Assembly: GCA_963727525.1 (NCBI GenBank)
Contig: CAVSGO010000007.1
Location: 544,001-608,000, forward strand
Length of the DNA stretch: 64,000 nucleotides
Reading direction: 5' to 3'
Source: an uncultured bacterium
Lineage (GTDB): Bacteria > Krumholzibacteriota > Krumholzibacteriia > LZORAL124-64-63
The number at the start of each line of letters is the position of its first letter. Position 1 is the stretch's first letter. Below are positions 20,124-28,633 of the stretch, in pieces. A model generated the notes under the pieces. The model ran no database searches, was not told the origin of the DNA, and saw only the letters and a list, made by a program, of their open reading frames with translations. The position numbers and the translations under genes were made by a program.

Positions 20124-21856
20124 TCGAGACCATCATCGGCGACGCGCTGCGCCGGGCGCTGGAGAAGCTCGGTATCTACGAGGACGATGTCGAGATCGCG
20201 CTGGAGAAGCCGCGCGACCGCGGACACGGCGATCTGAGCACGAATCTCGCGCTCGCCCTGGCCAAGCGCCTCGGGCGCAAACCGCGGGAACTGGCCGGCG
20301 AGCTGGCCGCGGCCCTGGCGATCGACCGTGATGAGATCGAGTCGGTGGAGATCGCGGGTCCCGGATTCATCAATTTCAGGATCGCGCGCCCCTTTCACGT
20401 CGCGCGGCTGCTCGAGCTGCTGGACGGCCGCGCGCTGGAGGCCATCAAGACCGGCGGCGACAAACGCATCAACGTGGAATTCATCAGCGCCAATCCCACC
20501 GGTCCGCTCAATGTGGTCTCGGCGCGGGCCGGCGCCTTCGGCATGACGCTATGCCGCCTCCTCGACGCCGTGGGCTTCGATGCCCATAGCGAGTACTACG
20601 TCAACGATGCCGGTCGCCAGGTGAGCCTGCTCGGCGCGTCGCTGCGAGCCCACTATCTGCAGCTTCGCGGTCGTCCGGTGGAGTTTCCGGAGAACGGCTA
20701 CCAGGGGCGGTACCTCGAGATCATGGCTTCGGAGCTTCTCGAACAGGATAGCGGCGCCATCCAGAAGGCGACGTCGGCATTCAACGACGAGAGCTTCCAG
20801 CGCGTGCGCGCACCGGAGGGCAACGCCGAGGACTGGTGCAAGAAGCCGGTCGACGACTCGATCCGCAGTTTCGCGAAGTACGCCCTGATGAAGATCCTGA
20901 GCTGGCAGCGTGATACCTGCCGCCGCTTCGGCTTGCGCTTCGAGACCTGGTACTTCGAGTCGGAGCTGCACGAAACCAAACGCGTCGAGCGCGCGCTCGA
21001 CCGGCTCAAGCGCTCCGGCATGACCTTCGAGCAGGACGACGCGCTCTGGTTCCGTTCCACCGATTTCGGTGACGAGAAGGATCGCGTCCTGATGCGCGCC
21101 GACGGGGCGCCCACGTATTTCCTGGCGGACATCGCCTACCATTACCACAAGTTCCAGCGTGGGTTCGAGCATGCGATCGACTTCTGGGGTCCCGACCATC
21201 ACGGCTACATCCCGCGCATGCAGGGAGCGATGCGCGCCCTCGGCGTGGAGGACGACTGGCTCGAGGTGCAGATCCTTCAGCACGTCACATTCCTCGAAGA
21301 TGGCAAGCCCATCAACATGTCGAAGCGCAAGGGCCATTTCGTCACCATGGATGCGTTGATCGACGAGGTGGGCGCCGACGTCGCCAAGTTCATCTTCCTG
21401 ACGCGCAAGCCCAACTCGCACCTGGAATTCGACCTCGACCTCGCCAAGACGCAGTCGAACGAGAATCCGGTGTACTATGTGAAATACGCACACGCTCGGA
21501 TCTGCTCGGTGCTGCGCCAGGCGGCCGAGGCCGGGGTAGCCGTGCTCGCGCCGGATGCCGAGGGTCTCATGGCGCTGGAGCACGACGCGGCCTGGGCTCT
21601 CGTGCGCGAGCTGATCCGGCTGCCGCAGGTCATCGTGTCGGCTGCCGAGGCCCGCGAGCCCCATCGTCTCACCGGGTACATCGGCGACGTCGCCGCGCTC
21701 TTCCACACGTTCTATCATCAGTGCCGCATCCTCGGCGAGGATCCGGCGAGCACCAGCGCGCGCCTCATGCTCTGCCAGATCACACGGCAGGTGGTGGCGC
21801 ATGTCCTCGATCTCATCGGCGTGGATGCGCCCGAGGTCATGGGCGAGAAGGAGTGA
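20120..21856 (+). CDS. argS: arginine-tRNA ligase
   Basis: HGDLSTN, IAGPGFINF, EFISANPTGP, EYYVND, GPDHHGY, MSKRKG, NPVYYVKYAHAR. Confidence 0.96.
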   Translation: MIETIIGDALRRALEKLGIYEDDVEIALEKPRDRGHGDLSTNLALALAKRLGRKPRELAGELAAALAIDRDEIESVEIAGPGFINFRIARPFHVARLLELLDGRALEAIKTGGDKRINVEFISANPTGPLNVVSARAGAFGMTLCRLLDAVGFDAHSEYYVNDAGRQVSLLGASLRAHYLQLRGRPVEFPENGYQGRYLEIMASELLEQDSGAIQKATSAFNDESFQRVRAPEGNAEDWCKKPVDDSIRSFAKYALMKILSWQRDTCRRFGLRFETWYFESELHETKRVERALDRLKRSGMTFEQDDALWFRSTDFGDEKDRVLMRADGAPTYFLADIAYHYHKFQRGFEHAIDFWGPDHHGYIPRMQGAMRALGVEDDWLEVQILQHVTFLEDGKPINMSKRKGHFVTMDALIDEVGADVAKFIFLTRKPNSHLEFDLDLAKTQSNENPVYYVKYAHARICSVLRQAAEAGVAVLAPDAEGLMALEHDAAWALVRELIRLPQVIVSAAEAREPHRLTGYIGDVAALFHTFYHQCRILGEDPASTSARLMLCQITRQVVAHVLDLIGVDAPEVMGEKE

Positions 21857-21859
21857 TCC

Positions 21860-22768
21860 GTGGCGATCCTGGTCGTGGGTTCAGTGGCATACGATACGGT
21901 GGAGACCCCGCGTGAAAAGCGCGAACGGCAGCTCGGCGGCAGTGCGAGTTTTTTCAGCCTCGCGGCGGGTGCCGACGCAGGCGTGCGAGTGGTGGCCGTG
22001 GTCGGTGACGACTTCCGCGAGGAGCATCTCGCGTTGCTGCGCGACCACGGCGTGGATATCGCCGGGATCGCCCGCGCTCACGGCCCCAGCTTCCACTGGT
22101 CGGGCCGCTACCACCTCGACTTCATCGAGCGCGACACGTTGCTCACCGAGCTCGGCGTGTTCGCAGGATTCAAGCCGGAGATCCCCGCTGCCTGGCGCGA
22201 GTCCGAGTACCTCTTCCTCGCCAACATCCATCCGACACTCCAGGCGGAGGTGCTCGCCGGGGTGGCCCCGCCGCGCCTCGTGGTGCTGGACACGATGAAC
22301 CTCTGGATCGAAACGACACGCACCGAACTGCTCGACGTATTGCGCAAGGTCGACGTGCTGCTGGTCAACGACTCCGAGGCCAAGCTGCTCACCGGGGAGG
22401 CGAGCCTCGTGCGCGCTGCCGCGGCGATTCGCGATCTCGGTCCCGCGCGGGTCGTGATCAAGAAGGGAGAGCACGGTGCTCTCTACTTCGGCGGAACGTC
22501 ACGCCTCGCGGTGCCGGCTCTGCTCCTGCCCGAGGTCGTCGACCCCACCGGCGCCGGCGACAGCTTTGCCGGCGGGTTCGTGGCCAGCCTCGCCGCGAGG
22601 GGTGTCGGTCGCGAAGCCAGTGACGACGCCTTCCGGCAGGCGATGATCGACGGGACCGTGGCTGCCAGCTTCTGTCCGGAGGCATTCAGTGTCGACGGAC
22701 TGCTGCGCCGCACCCCGAGCGACGTGGCCGGGCGCCGCGAGTGCTTGCTGAATATGATGGTTCCTTAG
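21860..22768 (+). CDS. PfkB-family carbohydrate/nucleoside kinase
   Basis: GSVAYD, GGSA, NDSEA, KKGEHG, DPTGAGDSFAGG. Confidence 0.92.
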   Translation: MAILVVGSVAYDTVETPREKRERQLGGSASFFSLAAGADAGVRVVAVVGDDFREEHLALLRDHGVDIAGIARAHGPSFHWSGRYHLDFIERDTLLTELGVFAGFKPEIPAAWRESEYLFLANIHPTLQAEVLAGVAPPRLVVLDTMNLWIETTRTELLDVLRKVDVLLVNDSEAKLLTGEASLVRAAAAIRDLGPARVVIKKGEHGALYFGGTSRLAVPALLLPEVVDPTGAGDSFAGGFVASLAARGVGREASDDAFRQAMIDGTVAASFCPEAFSVDGLLRRTPSDVAGRRECLLNMMVP

Positions 22769-22893
22769 TTCGGGAGACGACGAATTTTCATTTTCCATCT
22801 CATCTCATAAGCGTTTATAATAAAGCATCTTATCCTTCTTGTGTTGTCCCGTATGTCGGAGTATGCTTTGTCCGTACTCCGGACTGATCGGCA

Positions 22894-22909
22894 TGGCGCG
22901 AGGCTCGCT
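22894..22909 (+). promoter_or_regulatory. possible sigma-54 -24/-12 promoter
   Basis: TGGCGCGAGGCTCGCT (GG-N10-GC) downstream of an AT-rich tract at 22781-22840. Confidence 0.4.
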
Positions 22910-22932
22910 ATCGGCACGAAGGAGACCCACCC

Positions 22933-23742
22933 TTGGAATGGCAACCCGACGAAAGCTCCGACTGGATCCACGACGCGGAACGTTGGATCGCGAAGATCAA
23001 GGATGTACTGCAGTGCAAGGTCGAGGTCGATCGTGATGGCGAGATCCAGGGCGTTCACGTTGTGGCCCGCCAGGGCCGTGACCCACGTCTCATCGTCCGC
23101 GACGTCGAGGGGCTCCTGAAGGCCCGGCTCGGTATCGCGGTGTTCTACAAGAAGATCGGCGTGGTGCAGGTCGTGGAGACCGACGCGCCGCAACCGGCCA
23201 GCCCCCAGACGCCCGAGGCGCCTGCCGCTGTGGCGGCCGAGCCGGACGTGGTGGAACCCGATGTGGCCGAGGACGACGACGACGATGACGTCCAGGACTT
23301 CGAGACCGACGCCATTCTCCTGGCGGAGGAACTCGCTCCCCGCATCAAGTGTGTCGGGGTGGGGTTGATGAGCACCGAGTCCGTGATTCGCGCCGAGGTG
23401 CAACTTCAGGCTGCCGGCGCGGACGCGCGCGGGACCTGCGAGGGGCCGAATCGCAGCGCGAACGACATCGAACTGATCGCCACAGCGGCCCTCGACGCCG
23501 TGGGGCAGCTATTGGACGAATCCGTGAGCCTTAACCTCGCGGAGGTCAGGGTGGCGCCGCTCGGAGGCCACGACGTGGTTTTCGCGGCGGTCGAGTTGAT
23601 CGAGGGGCGACGCGCCGAGCGCCTGTTCGGCACTTGCCAGCCCCAGCAGAATCTGCATCAGGCGGTGGTCTTCGCCGTCCTTGATGCGCTCAATCGTCGG
23701 CTGGCTCTCATGGCCTTCAAGTCGCGAGAGGCCACTGGCTGA
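22933..23742 (+). CDS. conserved hypothetical two-domain cytoplasmic protein (C-terminal domain reminiscent of the LeuA regulatory fold)
   Basis: TTG start after AAGGAG; N-domain VHVVA...RDPRLIVRDVE...KKIGVVQ, acidic/Pro linker, C-domain ending AVVFAVLDALNRR. Confidence 0.75.
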   Translation: MEWQPDESSDWIHDAERWIAKIKDVLQCKVEVDRDGEIQGVHVVARQGRDPRLIVRDVEGLLKARLGIAVFYKKIGVVQVVETDAPQPASPQTPEAPAAVAAEPDVVEPDVAEDDDDDDVQDFETDAILLAEELAPRIKCVGVGLMSTESVIRAEVQLQAAGADARGTCEGPNRSANDIELIATAALDAVGQLLDESVSLNLAEVRVAPLGGHDVVFAAVELIEGRRAERLFGTCQPQQNLHQAVVFAVLDALNRRLALMAFKSREATG

Positions 23743-23751
23743 AACGGAGAC

Positions 23752-23934
23752 GGGAACCGGGACCGGGTGTCGATTACCACAGAGCGGAGTTGATGAGTGG
23801 AGCGGCCTTCTGCTGTCTAAGATCGCCCAAGATAGCAAGATCTAGTGCGACAGGAGGTGCCACGATGATCGAGTGGGTGCTGGATATGCTCACGAAGTGG
23901 GAGTGGTAATTTGACATCTCAGGTTCCGGTTCCC
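23752..23934 (+). ncRNA. structured ~183-nt RNA element (rod-like fold enclosing the small ORF); class unknown
   Basis: GGGAACCGGGACC (23752-64) pairs GGTTCCGGTTCCC (23922-34); ATTACCAC (23773-80) pairs GTGGTAAT (23903-10); GCCTTCTG (23805-12) pairs CAGGAGGT (23851-58); followed by TTTTGT; G:U pairs favour the + strand. Confidence 0.55.
23865..23909 (+). CDS. 14-aa Trp-rich small peptide MIEWVLDMLTKWEW
   Basis: AGGAGGT SD at 23852-23858, 6 nt before the ATG; TAA 23907-09; not in the ORF track. Confidence 0.65.
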   Translation: MIEWVLDMLTKWEW

Positions 23935-24063
23935 TTTTGTGATGTTCTCGCCTAAGTTGTATCCAAGAATGCGGTGCATGGGGATCAAGATAACTCAAGT
24001 CTTGTGGCCCGGCGGGCGATACTCTTCCTAGGGGCAGCCGACCATGGCGGGAAGGGCGGACAG

Positions 24064-25398
24064 GTGACCACGACGCGTCAAGCACGGCGCTGGCTTTTCG
24101 CTCCCACCTACTGGGTTTTCGTGCTTGGTGGCGCGCTTTTCCTCGTCTACTTGATTCAGCACCACGCACCCCCGCATCCGCAGTGGGGCGCGATCCTCGC
24201 GCTCTTCGCCTTCCTACTCGCAGCCGATACCAAGCTAGCGGCCTCCCAGGTCTCGGGCGGCCGCGTCATGTCGTCCAAGTGCATCGTGCTCGCAGTGATT
24301 GCGCTCTTCGGCCCCGCGGCGGCGGCGTGCATGGAGGCGGTGTCGGCCCTGTTGCGAGGGCTCATCCAGCGACGTACGACCCCCCGCAAGGCCATATTCA
24401 ATTCTGCGATGCTCGCGTCGGCGGCAGGGGCGGCCGGTCTGGTCTATGGCATCCTGCCGTTCAGCGACAACTACGCGTCGCCGCTCATCGTGCTGCCGCT
24501 CGCCGGCGCCATGGTCGTGCATTCCGTGGTGAATTCGGCCATGCTGGGCGTGATCATCAGCCTCGACGCCGACATGCCCTTGCAACGCGTCTACCGGAAC
24601 AGCTTCTTCACGGCCAAGCTGCGCGTACTGCTGGACCTGCCATTCGCCGTGATGATCGCACTGCTGTATCTCCAGGGCGGAGCCTGGACGCTGGTGCTCT
24701 TCCTTTTCCCGGTGCTTGCGCTCTACCAGAGCGACCGCCTCTACCAGCGCAACAAGGAAGCCCACATCAACAGCATTGCCGCACTGACCACGGCCCTCGA
24801 GGCAGACGAACCCTACACGCATGGACACAGCTACCGGGTGGCGAAGTTGGCGGTGACCATCGGCGGTTCCATGAACATGAACGACCGCGACCTCGAGACG
24901 CTCGAGTACGGTGGTCTGCTGCACGACATTGGCAAGATCGCGATCAGCAACGAGATCATCTGCAAGCCGGGCCGCTTGACGGAGAGCGAGTTCGAGGTCA
25001 TCAAGACCCACGCCACGATCGGCGCCGACATCGTCGAGCAGATCAAGTTCCTGGCCAAGGCCACCGACCTGATCCGCCACCATCACGAGCGCCCGGATGG
25101 CCGCGGCTACCCGCACGGGCTCAAACGCGACGAGATCTCGCTGGGCTGCGCCATCCTCAACGTCTGCGACGCCTTCGATGCCATGACCACGGACCGGCCC
25201 TACCGCAAGGCCCTGAGCGTCGAGAAGGCCATGGAGGAACTCGTACGGCACAAGGGCTCGCAGTTCGACGATAGGGTTGTCGACATCATGCTCAAGCTCT
25301 ATCATCAGGGCGAGTTCGACGACATGCGAGAGATGCGGACCAAGGATATGCCCTTTCCGACGGACGTGACGCGGACGCCGCAACGGCTGGTCTCCTGA
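24064..25398 (+). CDS. multi-pass membrane HD-GYP cyclic-dinucleotide phosphodiesterase
   Basis: ~6-7 hydrophobic helices, then GHSYRV, LLHDIGKI, HHERPDGRGYP, DAFDAMTTDRPYRKA; GTG 24064 (ORF open from 23974). Confidence 0.92.
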   Translation: MTTTRQARRWLFAPTYWVFVLGGALFLVYLIQHHAPPHPQWGAILALFAFLLAADTKLAASQVSGGRVMSSKCIVLAVIALFGPAAAACMEAVSALLRGLIQRRTTPRKAIFNSAMLASAAGAAGLVYGILPFSDNYASPLIVLPLAGAMVVHSVVNSAMLGVIISLDADMPLQRVYRNSFFTAKLRVLLDLPFAVMIALLYLQGGAWTLVLFLFPVLALYQSDRLYQRNKEAHINSIAALTTALEADEPYTHGHSYRVAKLAVTIGGSMNMNDRDLETLEYGGLLHDIGKIAISNEIICKPGRLTESEFEVIKTHATIGADIVEQIKFLAKATDLIRHHHERPDGRGYPHGLKRDEISLGCAILNVCDAFDAMTTDRPYRKALSVEKAMEELVRHKGSQFDDRVVDIMLKLYHQGEFDDMREMRTKDMPFPTDVTRTPQRLVS

Positions 25399-25477
25399 CC
25401 GTTGCCGGCCGAACCGCCCCCGACCCCGATTCGCGATGAACCCGGACGAACGAGGATCCGATGCAAGCGGTGAACCG

Positions 25478-26491
25478 ATGAAGTATGCCGAGAGCGGTGT
25501 GAACATCGACGTCGCGACGCGCGCGCTGGCGCGTGCGAAGTCGGCTATTCGCAGCACGTGGGATCCGCGGGTCAAGAGCGACGTGGGAGCTTTCGGCGGG
25601 CTCTACCAGCCGGCTCCCGGTGAACCGTATCTCGTGGCCAGCGTGGACGGCGTGGGCACCAAGGTGAAGATCGCGGCGCAGGTCGGACGCTATGACACGG
25701 TGGGGCAGGACCTGGTGAATCACTGTGTCGACGATATCCTCGTGCAGGGTGCGGAGCCGCTCTTCTTCCTCGATTACTTCGCCGCCGGCGTCCTCGAGGA
25801 GGACGTGCTACCGGCGGTGATCGAGGGCCTGGCCGCCGCCTGCCGCGAGAATGGATGCGCGCTCCTGGGCGGTGAGACCGCGGAGATGCCCGGCGTGTAC
25901 GCGCGCGGCGACTTCGACCTCGCCGGCGCCATCCTGGGCCGCGTTCAGCCGCAGGACGTGCTCGACGGATCTCGGTTGCGGGCCGGTGATCGTATCTGGG
26001 GCATGGCGTCCACCGGACTGCACACCAATGGCTACTCGCTCGCCCGCCGCGTGCTGCTGGAGCGAGCCGGGCTGGCGCTCGATGCCACCCCGGCGGGCCT
26101 GGATGGGTCCCTGGCCGACGCGCTCCTCGCCGTGCACCGCAGCTACCTGCAACCGGTGCGGGCTCTCTGGGACACCGCGGGCCGCGAGGCCGTGCATGGC
26201 CTCGCCCATATCACGGGCGGCGGGTTCTACGATAATGTGCCGCGCATCGTCCCCGACGGGCTCTGCGCGGTCATCGACACCACCGCCTGGTCGGTGCCGC
26301 CGCTCTTCCGCCTCATTGCCGACCTTGGCGAGGTGCCGCCACAAGAGATGTACCGCGTGCTCAACATGGGCGTGGGACTGTGCATGGTGCTCCCGCCCAC
26401 CGTTGATCCGGCCGAGGCCGGCGTGATCGCCTGGCCAATCGGCGAGGTCGTCGCGGGCGACGAGAAGGTCCGCGTGATTCTCGGGCGGTGA
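25478..26491 (+). CDS. purM: phosphoribosylformylglycinamidine cyclo-ligase
   Basis: YAESGVNID, DGVGTK, PLFFLDY, GGETAEMP, GLHTNGYSL, HITGGG, NMGVG. Confidence 0.96.
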   Translation: MKYAESGVNIDVATRALARAKSAIRSTWDPRVKSDVGAFGGLYQPAPGEPYLVASVDGVGTKVKIAAQVGRYDTVGQDLVNHCVDDILVQGAEPLFFLDYFAAGVLEEDVLPAVIEGLAAACRENGCALLGGETAEMPGVYARGDFDLAGAILGRVQPQDVLDGSRLRAGDRIWGMASTGLHTNGYSLARRVLLERAGLALDATPAGLDGSLADALLAVHRSYLQPVRALWDTAGREAVHGLAHITGGGFYDNVPRIVPDGLCAVIDTTAWSVPPLFRLIADLGEVPPQEMYRVLNMGVGLCMVLPPTVDPAEAGVIAWPIGEVVAGDEKVRVILGR

Positions 26492-26529
26492 GCGGGGCCG
26501 CCGGACCGTCAGATTTTATAATTCGAATC

Positions 26530-26558
26530 TTGTCCTGTATTAATGGCATCTGTATAAT
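26530..26558 (+). promoter_or_regulatory. probable sigma-70 promoter
   Basis: TTGTCC-N17-TATAAT in an AT-rich intergenic region. Confidence 0.55.
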
Positions 26559-26627
26559 CTCGGCACCACCGCGACCGGAGCCGAGGTGAGCCGCACCTTC
26601 ACACCTGCCTGGCATCCCACCTCAAAT

Positions 26628-26643
26628 TGGCCCTAGTTTTGCT
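26628..26643 (+). promoter_or_regulatory. sigma-54 -24/-12 promoter
   Basis: TGGCCCTAGTTTTGCT matches TGGCAC-N5-TTGCW spacing, ~50 nt before ATG 26692. Confidence 0.65.
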
Positions 26644-26691
26644 GAAATATCAGATAATTCGCCATTGCGTGAACTCTGAAGGGGTGTCTCC

Positions 26692-28386
26692 ATGTCGGTC
26701 CCGCAAAATGCCTGTATCCGTTCGCGCTCGTTCGCGACTTTTGCCCTCCTCGTTTTCTTGGCGCTCGGATTGACGCTGGCCGCCTGCAGCGTCCAGGACA
26801 GTGCCCAGGATGCCCTCACCGGCCCGGAACGGATCCTGCCTGCCGGCGTGGCGATCACCGTGGCCGACGTCACCGCCCGCGGCCAGTACCCGGGGTTGGT
26901 GGCGAGTTGGAACCACGAGGGTGAGCGCTTCGACGCCCAGATCCAGTACCGGTGGATACCCTCGCCATCGAGTCCCGGTCATTCCGTTGGCTGGACCGTG
27001 GCGCGCGAGTTCAGCGGCGTTTACCAGGAGATCGGCAGCCTGGTGACGTCCGTGCCGTATATGGCGTTTCCCGGCGACCGCGTCGAGGCGCGGCTCTACC
27101 TGAAACAGCCCGGTGGCGAGGCGTTTCTCGCGGTGGAGTCGACCTATGACGTACCAGGTCTGCCGCCACTGCAGACGTCCGCCATGGCGCCGCCAGGCGA
27201 CGATGGCGCCCTCAGCTTCAACATGTCTTGCTACTGGTTCAACGACACCAGCGCGCCTCTACCACCTGCGAGCGACTTCGCCGGCATGGGGACCGCGATG
27301 GCGATGCACAACGTCGGTGACCACGCGTACTCCATCACGTCGTCCGGCGAGTTCGCAAACCTGCTGCAGGACGTGCGTGGTGGCGGCACCCCGCTCGTCT
27401 GGCTGCAATACATGATGTATCACGGCATCCTCAAGAGTGCCGACCAGGCTCCGGTGAACTCGATCCCGCACCGGCTCTATCTGGCCATGTGCGGCTCCGA
27501 TGGCACGGAGACGTTTCCGATGATCGCCAAGGACACGGCGGGCCAGCCGCTCGACGGTTGCCCCTCGTTCTGTCAGGAATGGGAAGCGAATCCCCTGGCG
27601 CCGGGCTTCATCGACACCATGGTCACGGTCTACGCGGAGGAACACGTGCGCGGCGGTCTGGCCACTTTCCCGTACGTCGGCGTGCTGGTCGACTACCTCG
27701 AGGCGAACTGGTACGGCTGGCGCTGTGCCGATGGTCACTGCGACGAAGTCGTCGACCTCGACCAGGACGGCATCCCCTTCGTGGACGACCCCGACGAGGC
27801 CGATGCCTTGCAGGAAGCTCACCACGTATTTCTGCGCCGATTGCGGGAGGTGATGGACCACGTCCGTGGCGACGACACCTTCATCATCGTCGGCAACGGC
27901 GACATGGCGCGCCATGCCGGCGGCGCCGAGTACCTGGATGGCGAACTGGTCGAGCGCATGGATCACTACGGCTGGTACGAGCGCAGCTGGATCGGCCTCA
28001 AGAGGGCGTTGCTCGACATGTCCGGACAGTTCGTCAACGCGAGGTTGCCGTACGGGCTGATCTTTGCCGGCGTCGACGCATACAACGACATGCGCCAAGT
28101 GCTGGCGATCATCGGCGGCGGCGGCCGCGGTCGCGCCTGCTATCCCGACGACGACAACTGGCTCGACCATCCCAATGTATGTCCCGACCCATCGAGCGTC
28201 GATCTGGGCGCCGTCCTCGACGTTGCTGTGGACGAGGCCACGACGACTATCACCGCCACGTGCGAGAACGGGTGGGCGGCGCTGGAGTGGGACGCCAGCT
28301 ATCCGTGGGCCTACATCGCGGTGCAGACGAACCGGGCGAGGCCCGACACGGTGCTCATCGGTGGCGGCTGGGCGCGGCAAGATTGA
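26692..28386 (+). CDS. hypothetical lipoprotein, possible glycoside-hydrolase-like TIM-barrel domain
   Basis: lipobox LAAC; GVLVDY...DLDQDG...LRRLRE...IVGNG...DGELVE pattern resembles putative-GH barrels. Confidence 0.6.
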   Translation: MSVPQNACIRSRSFATFALLVFLALGLTLAACSVQDSAQDALTGPERILPAGVAITVADVTARGQYPGLVASWNHEGERFDAQIQYRWIPSPSSPGHSVGWTVAREFSGVYQEIGSLVTSVPYMAFPGDRVEARLYLKQPGGEAFLAVESTYDVPGLPPLQTSAMAPPGDDGALSFNMSCYWFNDTSAPLPPASDFAGMGTAMAMHNVGDHAYSITSSGEFANLLQDVRGGGTPLVWLQYMMYHGILKSADQAPVNSIPHRLYLAMCGSDGTETFPMIAKDTAGQPLDGCPSFCQEWEANPLAPGFIDTMVTVYAEEHVRGGLATFPYVGVLVDYLEANWYGWRCADGHCDEVVDLDQDGIPFVDDPDEADALQEAHHVFLRRLREVMDHVRGDDTFIIVGNGDMARHAGGAEYLDGELVERMDHYGWYERSWIGLKRALLDMSGQFVNARLPYGLIFAGVDAYNDMRQVLAIIGGGGRGRACYPDDDNWLDHPNVCPDPSSVDLGAVLDVAVDEATTTITATCENGWAALEWDASYPWAYIAVQTNRARPDTVLIGGGWARQD

Positions 28387-28633
28387 GCGTGCGTCCGGCG
28401 TCCGACCACCGGGTCCATTTGGTGACAACCGGTATCTGACGTCATCATAATCGTTTACGGCCGCAACCTGACGAAAGGATGCGGCCGTTGCCGTCAACAC
28501 TCCTTGCGGACAGCACGTCCGGATCTCGGGACCGCGCCGGAACCTCCCACCGAATAGTCGATTACGCGCCTGCCTCCACGCGCGTCCATTCCGGAATCGA
28601 AACTGCAAGACCGGGTCAAGGGAGGTCGTTATC

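Noticed and set aside
23865-23909. Classical trp attenuator leader peptide
   Set aside because: Trp codons are not tandem and no trp biosynthesis or transport gene follows. Trp sensing is not fully excluded.
23752-23934. Retron msr-msd or MITE explanation for the inverted repeats
   Set aside because: No reverse transcriptase or transposase nearby, no target-site duplication seen, and the arms rely on G:U pairs.
23911-23940. TTGACA as a promoter for the HD-GYP gene
   Set aside because: No credible -10 at 16-18 nt; the hexamer is part of the RNA closing helix.
28455-28610. Hammerhead-like CTGACGA core and CGGCCGCA/TGCGGCCG hairpin
   Set aside because: No GAAA follows a stem II at a workable distance; likely an ordinary intergenic hairpin.
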